Source of the DNA: Planctomycetota bacterium
GTDB lineage: Bacteria > Planctomycetota > B15-G4 > SIAN01
Direction of reading: 5' to 3'
DNA: 64,000 nt
Assembly: GCA_009691715.1 (NCBI GenBank)
Contig: SIAN01000004.1
Location: 13,101 to 77,100, forward strand
Shown here: piece by piece, positions 37,327 to 46,239 of the stretch
Layout: every line of letters starts with the position of its first letter
How positions within the stretch are numbered: the stretch's first letter is position 1
Translations under genes and position numbers: made by a program
Notes under the pieces: model-generated
The model's input: the letters and a program-made list of their open reading frames with translations, nothing else
What the model was told of the DNA's origin: nothing
The model's database searches: none

Positions 37327-38943
37327 ATGACCGCCAAGACGCTCCACTTCCGTTCCGAGGCGCGCGAGAAGCTCCTCCGCGGCACGACCGCGCTGACGAA
37401 CGCCATCCGCGTGACGCTCGGTCCGCGCTCGAAGTGCGTGCTGATCGAGCGGAAGTGGGGCGCGCCGCTGGTCTGCAACGACGGCGTGACGATCGCCAAG
37501 GAATTCGAGCTGCCCGATCCCGAGGAGAACCTCGGCGTCCGCGTCCTCCGGCAGGCGGCCGAGCGGACCGGGGACGCCGTCGGCGACGGGACCAGCACCG
37601 CAACCCTCCTCGCCCATGCCATCTACTCGGAGGGGGTGAAGAACGTCGCCGCCGGCGCGAACGCGATCGACCTGAAGCGCGGCATCGACCGCGGTCTCGT
37701 CGCGGCCATCGCCGCGCTCAAGGCGCTGTCGCGGCCGGTGAAGAGCCGGAAGGAGAAGGTCCAGGTCGCCACGATCTCGGCCCACAACAACCCGCGCACC
37801 GGGGAACTCGTCGCGGATGCCGTGGAGAAGGTCGGCGGCGAAGGCGTCATCACGGTCGAGGAGGCGAAGGGCACCGAGACGACGTTGGAAGTCGTCGAGG
37901 GCATGCAGTTCGACCGCGGCTGGCTCTCGGGTTACTTCGTCACCGACGCGGAGAAGCCGGACGTCGTGCTCGAAGATCCTCTGATCCTGCTGCATGAGAA
38001 ACGGATCACCTCGGTGAAGGACCTGCTGCCCCTCCTTGAACAGGCGGCGAAGAGCGGCCGGCCGTTCCTGATCATCGCGGAGGATGTCGAAGCCGAGGCT
38101 CTCGCAACGCTGGTCGTGAACCGGATCCGCGGGACGCTGGCCTGCGCTGCCGTGAAAGCGCCAGGATTCGGCGATCGCCGGCGCGAACTGCTCGAGGACA
38201 TGGCGATCCTGACCGGCGCGCGCATGGTCTCCGCCGATCTCGGCATCGCGCTCGAACACGTCAAGCTCGGCGAGCTCGGCAAGGCGCGCCGCGTCCTCAT
38301 CTCCCGCGATCACACCACGATCATCGGCGGCGCCGGGAAGCGGTCCGCGATCGACGCGCGCGCGCAGCAGCTGCGGACGCAGTGCGAGGAGGCGACCAGT
38401 GACTGGGACAAGGAGAAGCTGCGCGAGCGGCTCGCGAAGCTGGCCGGCGGCGTCGCCGTGATCCGCGTCGGTGCCCCGTCCGAAACCAAGATGAAGAGCC
38501 TGAAGGAGGTGTTCGAGGATGCGATCAGCGCGACCAAGGCGGCGGTCGCCGAGGCCATCGTCCCTGGCGGCGGACTCGCCCTGATCCGGCTCCAGGAGAC
38601 CGTCCTGCGCGAGGCCGTCGCCTGCGATGGCGACGAGCGCACCGGCGTACGGATCCTCGCGAAGGCGCTCGAAGCGCCAGCACGGCAGATCGCCGAGAAC
38701 TCCGGCGTCGAGGCCGGCGTGATCGTCCAGGAGATGCGCACCGGATGCGGCGGTCGCGGCTTCGATGCGGCGCGCTGCGAATGGGTCGATCTGTTCGAGG
38801 CCGGGATCATCGACCCGACCAAGGTGCTGCGCATTGCGCTCGAGAACGCCGCCTCGGTCGCCGGCGTGCTGCTGCTGACCGAGGCAGTCCTGACCGAGAT
38901 CCCGGAGCAGAGGCAAGAGCCGGTCGCCGCACCCACTGACTGA
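37327..38943 (+). CDS. groEL: Chaperonin GroEL (Hsp60)
   Basis: It has the canonical MTAKTLHFRSEAREKLLRG N-terminus and the motifs GDGTSTATLLA and IVPGGG. A Gly/Met-rich tail is absent, and no groES is adjacent. Confidence 0.95.
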   Translation: MTAKTLHFRSEAREKLLRGTTALTNAIRVTLGPRSKCVLIERKWGAPLVCNDGVTIAKEFELPDPEENLGVRVLRQAAERTGDAVGDGTSTATLLAHAIYSEGVKNVAAGANAIDLKRGIDRGLVAAIAALKALSRPVKSRKEKVQVATISAHNNPRTGELVADAVEKVGGEGVITVEEAKGTETTLEVVEGMQFDRGWLSGYFVTDAEKPDVVLEDPLILLHEKRITSVKDLLPLLEQAAKSGRPFLIIAEDVEAEALATLVVNRIRGTLACAAVKAPGFGDRRRELLEDMAILTGARMVSADLGIALEHVKLGELGKARRVLISRDHTTIIGGAGKRSAIDARAQQLRTQCEEATSDWDKEKLRERLAKLAGGVAVIRVGAPSETKMKSLKEVFEDAISATKAAVAEAIVPGGGLALIRLQETVLREAVACDGDERTGVRILAKALEAPARQIAENSGVEAGVIVQEMRTGCGGRGFDAARCEWVDLFEAGIIDPTKVLRIALENAASVAGVLLLTEAVLTEIPEQRQEPVAAPTD

Positions 38944-38954
38944 ACGAAACGGTC

Positions 38955-38972
38955 TCCGCGCAACCGCGCGGG
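38955..38972 (+). terminator. GC-rich hairpin downstream of groEL
   Basis: The hairpin tcCGCGCaaccGCGCGga lies 12 nt after the groEL stop, with no U-tract. Confidence 0.3.
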
Positions 38973-39021
38973 ACTGGAGCACGGTGCCCGCGCAACTGCG
39001 TGGGCTACAAGGAGGAATCCC

Positions 39022-39489
39022 ATGCTGCCGACGTTGTTCCGTGAGACCGAGCGTTCACCGCTGTTCGGACTGCGCAACCGGATCGACCGGGTGTTCGAGG
39101 AACTTTTCACGCATCAAGGTAACGGGAACGAGTGGGTCGACCCGTGGGCGGGCGGCGCCAACTTCCTGCCCGCGCTCGACCTGCGCGAGACCGATGACGC
39201 GCTGATCGCCGAGGTCGAACTGCCTGGCCTGAAGAGCGAGGACGTCCACGTGCAGGTGCAGGACGACATGCTCGTGCTGCGCGGTGAGCGCAAGCAGGAG
39301 AAGACCCTAGAAGACCAAGGGCTGGCACCGGACGGAGCGCAGCTACGGCCGCTTCGAGCGCCGGATCGCCCTGCCGAGCTCGGTCGATGCCGAGAAGATC
39401 GAGGCGTCGTTCAAGGACGGGATGCTCACCGTCACGATGCCGCGCGCGGTGAGCGCGAAACCGAAGACCATCCCCGTCAAGGTCCGCTG
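39022..39489 (+). pseudogene. Hsp20/alpha-crystallin small heat-shock protein with apparent +1 frameshift near 39316
   Basis: A strong GGAGG SD precedes the start. The N-terminal frame gives ...LVLRGERKQEKTLEDQ. The canonical continuation GWHRTERSYGRFERRIALPSSVDAEKIEASFKDGMLTVTMPRAVSAKPKTIPVKVR* is in the +1 frame ending at 39489. One extra C around 39316 separates the frames. Confidence 0.6.
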
Positions 39490-39532
39490 AAGTGGTTCGC
39501 CGCGCTCAGGCGACTGGTCGCAGCAGACCCAC

Positions 39533-40573
39533 TCACTGCGATCGGCGCTCGAGCGGCGGCAGCGTCCCGCGCGGCGGCTCGGGCGCGAATCGCAGCTTTC
39601 GCTCCACGACGCACCAGACGAAGGTGGCGGCGCCGTAGGCGAAGTAGAGCTGGTGCAGGAACAGGCCGGCCAGCGCCGTCGCCAGGCCGGCCGCGCGCCA
39701 CAGCACGACGTAGAACGGCGCGCTGACCAGCGCCGCCACCAACAGGAGCCCGAGCGCCGCACCGAGAAACGGTCGATGCATCAGGCCGAGCGCCGCCGTC
39801 GCGAAGAACGCGCCTGCAATCAGCGCTTTCAGCCGCTCGGCGTTGCTGACGTTCAGCACGGCACCGGCGAGCTCTGGATGCTGCAGCAGCCGGCCCCACG
39901 GCAGCGCGCGGCGGAAGACGTCGGTGTGGAGCATGCTCCGAAGCGTCCAGCGCTTGAGGTGGGTGCCCTGCACCTCGGGCGCGAGCAGGATCTTTCCACC
40001 GGCGCGTCGCAGCCGGTAACCGAGCTCGATGTCCTCAATCGATGGGACGGTGTAGTAGTCGGCGTCGAAGCCCCCCGCCGACAAGAACGCGTCGCGTCGC
40101 ACCGCGCCGCAGCCGGCCCAGAAGGTCGACGCCTCGCCGGCGTGCGTCGTGTGGGTGTGGTGGTGCAGCAGGTTGCGGTAGCGCGAGACGACGCCGGGAG
40201 CGTTCGGCTGCTCGTCATAGGCGCCGAACAGGGCGACGATGTCGGCGCGCCGCGCGAAGTGGCGCGCGACCAGCTCCGGCACGTCGTCGTGCATCACGAC
40301 GTCGGAATCGACGAACAGCAGGATCGCGCCGCGCGCCGCGAGTGCACCCTGGTTGCGGCAGGCGCCGGGCCCCTTGCGCCCACCGGACGGGATGACGGTG
40401 AAGCCCGCGGCCTGGCACTGCCGTGGCCCATCATCGGTGCAGCCATCGTCGACGACGATCACTTCGGCGACACGGCCCGCGGCGAGCGCGCGCTGAAGCG
40501 GCGGCGCCACCCGCGTGAGGTAGCTCGCGGCGTTGTACATCGGCACGACGATGCTGATCGCGGCGCTGCTCAT
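39533..40573 (-). CDS. Family 2 glycosyltransferase
   Basis: It starts ISIVVPMYNAASYL and has the VVDDGCTDD DxD region. Its start overlaps the deacetylase stop (ATGA). Confidence 0.75.
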   Translation of the reverse strand: MSSAAISIVVPMYNAASYLTRVAPPLQRALAAGRVAEVIVVDDGCTDDGPRQCQAAGFTVIPSGGRKGPGACRNQGALAARGAILLFVDSDVVMHDDVPELVARHFARRADIVALFGAYDEQPNAPGVVSRYRNLLHHHTHTTHAGEASTFWAGCGAVRRDAFLSAGGFDADYYTVPSIEDIELGYRLRRAGGKILLAPEVQGTHLKRWTLRSMLHTDVFRRALPWGRLLQHPELAGAVLNVSNAERLKALIAGAFFATAALGLMHRPFLGAALGLLLVAALVSAPFYVVLWRAAGLATALAGLFLHQLYFAYGAATFVWCVVERKLRFAPEPPRGTLPPLERRSQ

Positions 40574-41322
40574 GCGCCGTACGCCGCGCCCTTGACGCGT
40601 CGCAGGAGACGCCGCCACGCGATCCATGCACGCGTGCGCGGCGCGAAGAGCGGTAGCCGGCGCGCCGGATCGCGCAGGTACCAGCTGTCGAGCCGAGGCC
40701 ATTCGTGGACGCGAGCGGCACGCCTGGCCGCAACCTCGGGCAGATAGTCGAGCAGCGTCGTGACCGCGCTCGACCAGTGCAGAGCGACCTCTGCGCGGCT
40801 CGCGGCGTCATGCCAGCCGTAGGGATAGGCGAAGTGGCTCACCCGCGAGCCAAACCGCTGCTCGAGCGCGGCCTTGCTGTCGACCAGTTCGCGGCGCGCG
40901 GCATCGGGGGCGAGCGCACGGCAGTCGACGTGGTTGGCGGTGTGGCCGCCGATCGTGCCACCGGCGGCGAGCAGTTCCTGCAGTTCCGTCTGGCCCATCA
41001 GCTCGAACCGCGGGATGGCCGCCGTCTGGCCAGGCCAGCGGTTGTCGCGGCCGATCCAGTCGGAGACGACATAGGCCGTGAACGGCAGTCCGCGCCGCGC
41101 GAGTCGCGGCAGCGCGTCGGCATGCACGGAGCGAAAGCCGTCGTCGAAGGTGAGCGCCACGCGCGGCGCGGCTCCCGTTGACGGCACCCGCAGCGCGTCG
41201 AGCGCGACGATCGCGACTCCCTCCGCCTGCAGGCCATCGAGCAGCCGCTCGAAGTCTTCCGGCGAGTAGGAGAGCACCGAGCCGCTGCGGTCGATGCCAT
41301 GGAAGGTGAGGAGCGCGTCCAT
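40570..41322 (-). CDS. Polysaccharide deacetylase (NodB-homology domain)
   Basis: It contains LTFDDGFRSV (the TFDDG motif) and a His-rich metal site. Its start overlaps the GT4 stop (ATGA). Confidence 0.75.
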   Translation of the reverse strand: MDALLTFHGIDRSGSVLSYSPEDFERLLDGLQAEGVAIVALDALRVPSTGAAPRVALTFDDGFRSVHADALPRLARRGLPFTAYVVSDWIGRDNRWPGQTAAIPRFELMGQTELQELLAAGGTIGGHTANHVDCRALAPDAARRELVDSKAALEQRFGSRVSHFAYPYGWHDAASRAEVALHWSSAVTTLLDYLPEVAARRAARVHEWPRLDSWYLRDPARRLPLFAPRTRAWIAWRRLLRRVKGAAYGA

Positions 41323-42527
41323 CAGCGCGCCTCCGTGGCGACCGCGCGCCGGAAGCAGGCGACCGCGTCGGCGGCGCCGCGCTCCCAGGTGAAACGGCGC
41401 GATCGGGCAAGCGCTTTCGCGGCGAGCAGCGCGCGCTGCTGCGGCCGACCCAGCACTTCCGACAGCGCCGCCTGCAGCGCCATCGCATCGAGCGCGGGCA
41501 CCAGCAGGCCGCCGTCGCCCACCACCTCCGGCAGCGAGCCGGCGTCGCTCGCCACCACCGGCGTCGCGCAGCTCATCGCCTCGAGCGCCGGCAAACCGAA
41601 GCCTTCGAGCAGCGACGGCAGGACCAGCGCGCACGCTCCTTGATAGAGCGGCACGAGATCGTCGTCGGCGACGAAGCCGGTCCAGTGGACGCGCGCGGCG
41701 AGCCGCGCATCGGCGGCGATCTGCTGGCGCAGCGGAGCGGCGCTGTCGAGGAAGCCGTCCGCCTTGGGATCGCCCACCAGCACGAGCGTTGCGTCGCCGC
41801 TTGCGCCATTGCTTGCGTTGGCGAGCAAGCGCGAGAACGCCGTGAGCAGCGTCGCAAGGTTCTTGTGTGGGCTGATGCCGCCGACGAACAGGAAGTAGGG
41901 TCGATCCTCCGGGATTCGCAGTCGTCGCAACGCCGCCGCGAGCGCCGCGTGATCGGTCGGCGGCCGGAAGCGCGCGTCGGCGCCCTCGCTCACCACGTCG
42001 ATCCGATCGGCGGCGATCCCGTAGACGCGGCCGACGTCACGCCTCGACGCCTCGCTCACCGTCATCACGCGCGTCGCCTGACGCGCCGCGAGCCACGATT
42101 TCGCCCGCCAGAACCACTCGCTCTTCCGATCGGGGAAGACCATCCTCGGGAAGGTCTCGGCGATCGCGTCGTGGAAGCAGACGACCGCGCGCGTGCCGGG
42201 CCAGAGCGGGAAGGCGCTGTAGACGGCCGGCAGGAACAGCAGGTCGGCCTGGCAACGACGAGCCGCGCGCGTGAACGCAAACAGCTCAGCGGGGCGACGC
42301 GCATCGCCGGCGACGGCAGCGTCGGTCACGCTGCGGCCGGGTTGCGCGTTCAAGCGCGGCAGCGCCAGGAGCGGTTCCGGCAGATCGCCCGGCGCGGCGT
42401 CACGGTCGACCAGAAGCACGAAGTCGAAGCCGTCGCTGCGGCGCGCCAGCGCGGCCAGCAGCTCGCGCGCGAAACGCCCGAAGCCGCGGCGGTTGAAGCA
42501 GCAGGAGGCGTCGACGGCGATGCGCAA
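41322..42527 (-). CDS. Family 4 (GT-B) glycosyltransferase
   Basis: The C-terminal EGFGLPALEAMSCATPVVASDAGSLPEVVGDGG is the canonical GT4 E-X7-E region. Confidence 0.8.
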   Translation of the reverse strand: MRIAVDASCCFNRRGFGRFARELLAALARRSDGFDFVLLVDRDAAPGDLPEPLLALPRLNAQPGRSVTDAAVAGDARRPAELFAFTRAARRCQADLLFLPAVYSAFPLWPGTRAVVCFHDAIAETFPRMVFPDRKSEWFWRAKSWLAARQATRVMTVSEASRRDVGRVYGIAADRIDVVSEGADARFRPPTDHAALAAALRRLRIPEDRPYFLFVGGISPHKNLATLLTAFSRLLANASNGASGDATLVLVGDPKADGFLDSAAPLRQQIAADARLAARVHWTGFVADDDLVPLYQGACALVLPSLLEGFGLPALEAMSCATPVVASDAGSLPEVVGDGGLLVPALDAMALQAALSEVLGRPQQRALLAAKALARSRRFTWERGAADAVACFRRAVATEAR

Positions 42528-42699
42528 CCGGAGCGACCTCAGAGTGCCTGACAGAATGGACGCGTGACGCCGAGGCCAAGCGAGGGCACCTGGGGCGAGG
42601 AGACCGAAGCAGGCGACTCTGAAGAGTCGCCGATGGAGGTCGACGAAGTCCTGGGTGACCGCAGCCAGCCAAACGTAGTGGACCTTCTGTCAGGCACTC

Positions 42700-44154
42700 T
42701 CAGTCCTCGACCACGTGGGTCGCGAAGACCGCACGATGCTTCGCCCACGCGGCGCGGTCGAACTCGGCGCCGGTGAGGCAATCGACTGCTGCCCATGCCA
42801 TCGCCAGCGCGTGGTGGGTGTTGTCGTGGGCGAAGAGTCCCTGCCGCCCGTAGGTGAGGAAGCGCGGCAGCGTGTCGCAGAAGCGATCGACCTGTTCGAG
42901 CGGCTGCTCGTAGCCGTTCAGGTAGATCGGATAGGCCTGCGGCAAACGCATCACCTTCACCGCAGTCGGCGGCGCCGGCAGCGGCAGGCCGGCGCGGGCG
43001 AGATCGGCCGCAACGACCGCACCGAGCTCCGCCTCGCTCATCTTCCAGAAGCGATCGCCAGCGTCGCACGGCAGCTCGGCGCAGAGCGTGGTCGCGCCCG
43101 CGGGTGCGCCGAGGTCGCCGTAGTTCTTCGGTTCCGACAGGCGCGTAATCGTGATCTCGGCTTCGGGGAAATAGTGGGCGTCGTACTCGGTGAACTGCGC
43201 CACTGGGAGGCGCAGGTAGACCAGCAGCATCGCGCGGTAGCTCACCTGCGCCGCTGCCGCGAACACCGGCGCGGGCGGCGGTTCCGTGAGCAGTTTCGGG
43301 ACGAGCGTGACCGGCAGCGTCGACCAGACGTGGTCGGCTTCAAGCACGGACTCGCGGCCGCCACGATCGATCGCGATCCGCCACGGCGCGTCTCCACGCG
43401 GCGCTTGCAGCGACTTCACCCGATGTTCGAGCAGCAGCTCGGCGCCTGAGGACTGCGCGGCGCGCGCCAAGGCGTCGGAAAGCTGTCCGTAACCGTGGCG
43501 CGGGTACCAGAACCGGCCGCTGCCGGGCTTTTTGAAGCCGGGAACCGCGTTCAAGACCTTGCGCACCAGCTTCAGCACGGTGCCGGCGGAGACGCGACGA
43601 CGCGCCTGGATGCCCGACAGCTGTTCCGGTCCGCGGCCCCAGATCTTGCGCGCGTACGGAAAGTAGAAGCGATCGCACATGGTCGGTCCGAGGTTCTGGC
43701 TCAGGACCGATTCAAACGTGTCCGGCGTGCCGGGCGCGGGACGCCGCAGTCGCTTGGTCGCGCCGTCGTAAGCGAGCGACACGCCGAAACTCGGCGGCAG
43801 TCGCGTCAGCAGATCGAGCGGCTTCAGCGGAAAATGGATGAAACGGCCGAGCAATCGGATGCGGCCGTGGCGCGGGCGGTCGAGCAGATCGGCGCCCAGC
43901 AGCTGCTTCAGATCGGCGAGGATCGACGGCTCGCAGGCGGGATGGAGCCGATGGCTGCCGAAGTCGAGCTTCTGGCCTTCCCACTCGAAGCTGCCGGCAT
44001 TGCCGCCGAACCACGGATTCTGTTCGACCAGCGTGACCGACGCCTTCTTCTGCAACGCGAGCTGCCACGCGCCACCGAGTCCGGCCGGGCCTCCGCCGAG
44101 CACGACCACGCGTGGGCGCCCCGCACTGCCAACGCGGTCATTCGTGACGCTCAT
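42700..44154 (-). CDS. FAD-dependent oxidoreductase (amine-oxidase/UDP-galactopyranose-mutase-like Rossmann fold)
   Basis: It has an N-terminal dinucleotide-binding motif VVVLGGGPAGLGGAWQLA followed by FGGNAGS. Its start overlaps the upstream membrane protein stop (ATGA). Confidence 0.65.
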   Translation of the reverse strand: MSVTNDRVGSAGRPRVVVLGGGPAGLGGAWQLALQKKASVTLVEQNPWFGGNAGSFEWEGQKLDFGSHRLHPACEPSILADLKQLLGADLLDRPRHGRIRLLGRFIHFPLKPLDLLTRLPPSFGVSLAYDGATKRLRRPAPGTPDTFESVLSQNLGPTMCDRFYFPYARKIWGRGPEQLSGIQARRRVSAGTVLKLVRKVLNAVPGFKKPGSGRFWYPRHGYGQLSDALARAAQSSGAELLLEHRVKSLQAPRGDAPWRIAIDRGGRESVLEADHVWSTLPVTLVPKLLTEPPPAPVFAAAAQVSYRAMLLVYLRLPVAQFTEYDAHYFPEAEITITRLSEPKNYGDLGAPAGATTLCAELPCDAGDRFWKMSEAELGAVVAADLARAGLPLPAPPTAVKVMRLPQAYPIYLNGYEQPLEQVDRFCDTLPRFLTYGRQGLFAHDNTHHALAMAWAAVDCLTGAEFDRAAWAKHRAVFATHVVED

Positions 44155-45176
44155 CCGTGGCGCACCTTCATCTCCGGGTTGATCTTTGGAGTCGCCAGCG
44201 GCGAACGGCGCCGGAGCACCAGCCACACCGCGCCGCAAAACAGGCTGCCGACGATCAGCACGCCTTGCCACAAGAACGACGCGGCCAATGCGCGCGCCTT
44301 CACCTCATCGAACGGCAGCGCGGTGGCGACGACCAGCGGCGCGAACAGCACCGCGAACACGCCATCGCGCACGCCGATGCCGTTGAAGCTCGCCGGCGCC
44401 AGCCCCGCCAGCTTGGCGAGCGACCAGGCGAATACCCACGCGGCCGCGCTCGCCTCGAGCCCGAGCGCGCGGCCGAGCACCGCATTCAGCGCGATCAACG
44501 AGCCCTGCATCGCCACTCCGCCCGCGAGCGAGAAGAACAGCACCTTCGGTCGGCGGCCCTGTCGACGCAGCGCGATCAGCAGTTGCGCGATCCGCCGGCG
44601 CCAACGCGGCGGCCAGCGTTTGAGCGGCCGTCGCACCAGCACCAGCAGCGCGACGACGCCAGCGGCAGCAGAGAGCGCGACGACCAGCACCAGCAGCGTC
44701 CCCGCGGTTCCTTGCCGATCGAGGCCGACGAACGCACCCGCGGCCACCACCAGCACGCCAAGCGCCATCAGATCGAGCAGACGGTCGGCCACGCCGCCGA
44801 GCACGGCACCTTCCATCCGGCCGCTCTTCCTCCCCGCGAGCAGCGCGCGCAGCACGTCGCCGCCGACGATGCTCGGCAGGAACAGGTTCGAGAACAGGCC
44901 GGCGCAGTAGCACTCGACCGACTGCCGCAGCGTGAGGCGCGCGCCGGCTTGGCCAATCACCATCCGCCATTTGAAGACGCCAAACAGGTGGCAGGCGACG
45001 AAGCCAAGGACCACCAGGAAAAACGTCGACGGCGGGACACTCGCGAGCGCGGCGCGCAGTTTCTGCCATGGCACCATGCGCACCAGCAGCGCCAACACCA
45101 GCGCGCTCGCGGCGAGCCGGAAGGCGAGCTTGCGCCGACTCGATGCGGCGACCGGGCCTGGCGGCGCGCGGTTCAT
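44151..45176 (-). CDS. Multi-TM membrane protein, lysylphosphatidylglycerol-synthase-TM-region (MprF flippase-like, UPF0104) family
   Basis: It has about 8 TM helices with basic loops. It resembles the flippase-like TM domain found with GtrB-type enzymes. Confidence 0.55.
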   Translation of the reverse strand: MNRAPPGPVAASSRRKLAFRLAASALVLALLVRMVPWQKLRAALASVPPSTFFLVVLGFVACHLFGVFKWRMVIGQAGARLTLRQSVECYCAGLFSNLFLPSIVGGDVLRALLAGRKSGRMEGAVLGGVADRLLDLMALGVLVVAAGAFVGLDRQGTAGTLLVLVVALSAAAGVVALLVLVRRPLKRWPPRWRRRIAQLLIALRRQGRRPKVLFFSLAGGVAMQGSLIALNAVLGRALGLEASAAAWVFAWSLAKLAGLAPASFNGIGVRDGVFAVLFAPLVVATALPFDEVKARALAASFLWQGVLIVGSLFCGAVWLVLRRRSPLATPKINPEMKVRHG

Positions 45177-45180
45177 GCGA

Positions 45181-46074
45181 TCAGCGCTTCATCGCCATCC
45201 GCGCGTTCTGGTCGGCGAGGAGGCCCACGGACCAGACGACGAGCGCACCGAGCAGCGCCAACACGGCACTCTCCGACAAGTTGTCGAGGAAGCAGTCGTA
45301 GGCGAACTTCGCGGTGCCGGCGGCGAACAGCAGCGCACCCACCGGCAGGAAGAACTTGAGCGGGTGGAACAGCACCACCGTCCGCAGGATCAGCAGCAGG
45401 AAGTCCCACGCGTGGCGCGGCCGGATCTTGCTGGCACCGTGCCGCTTGCCGTAGTCGATCGCCACGAACTTGATCGGGTGCCCGTTGCAGGCGCACGACA
45501 GCGTGATCGTGGTGGTGAAGGAGAAACCTTGCGGCAGCAGGTGCTCGTAACGCTTGACCAGCGACTTGCGCATGAGCCGCATGCCGGAGTTTAGATCGGG
45601 GATGCGCAGTCCCGAGAGGTAGCTCGCCAATCGGGTGAGCACCCACTTGGCCGGCCGGCGCACCAGCGGGATGTTCACGTTGGCACCGATGCGGGCGCCG
45701 ACGACCATCTCGTGCTGTGCCGCCTGTTCGAGGAGTTGCGGGATCGCGGCCGACGGGTACGTGCCGTCCGCGTCGGTGATCAGGATCCAACCATGCTTCG
45801 CGGCGTTGATGCCGGTCTTCAAGGCCGCGCCGTAACCCTCGTTGCGGACCTTGCGCAGCACGCGCGCGCCGGCAGCGGATGCCTCTTCGGCGGTCGCGTC
45901 GCGCGAACCGTCGTCGACGACGATCAGCTCCCATTCCCAGCCGCTCTTCGCCATCGCCTCGGCGACGGCGCGAACCTGTGCCGCGACGTGCGGCCCCTCG
46001 TTGAACGCGGGGATCACGACGCTGACGGCGCGCTCTTTCGCGCCCAATGCCGGTTCGCCGACCTCCTCGATCAA
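45181..46074 (-). CDS. GT2 polyprenyl-phosphate sugar transferase (GtrB/ArnC/DPM1-like)
   Basis: It contains VVIPAFNEG...LIVVDDGSRD...ITDADGTYP and two C-terminal TM helices. A TTG start after a G-rich SD is proposed. Alternative starts exist up to 46233. Confidence 0.7.
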   Translation of the reverse strand: MIEEVGEPALGAKERAVSVVIPAFNEGPHVAAQVRAVAEAMAKSGWEWELIVVDDGSRDATAEEASAAGARVLRKVRNEGYGAALKTGINAAKHGWILITDADGTYPSAAIPQLLEQAAQHEMVVGARIGANVNIPLVRRPAKWVLTRLASYLSGLRIPDLNSGMRLMRKSLVKRYEHLLPQGFSFTTTITLSCACNGHPIKFVAIDYGKRHGASKIRPRHAWDFLLLILRTVVLFHPLKFFLPVGALLFAAGTAKFAYDCFLDNLSESAVLALLGALVVWSVGLLADQNARMAMKR

Positions 46075-46239
46075 GAGCCGCCCCCCGCCTTGCCGCCGTG
46101 GACCGCCGTCTGCACTGCCCTGCCACTGCCTGCCGCCTCTTCGGTGGCGCCGCAGTCGGAGCTTGACCGCGGATTGTAGGGCGCCGGAGCGGAAGGCCGT
46201 TCCGCATCGCGCGACGCGGCGTCGGCTGCTCACTCCAGT

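Noticed and set aside
37123-38982. 619-aa - strand ORF antisense to groEL
   Set aside because: groEL on the + strand is unambiguous, and the antisense product is low complexity.
39490-39726. Continuation of the hsp20 N-terminal frame to 39726 (234-aa ORF)
   Set aside because: Beyond the frameshift the frame encodes Arg-rich nonsense and overlaps the convergent GT2 gene. The conserved Hsp20 C-terminus is in the +1 frame ending at 39489.
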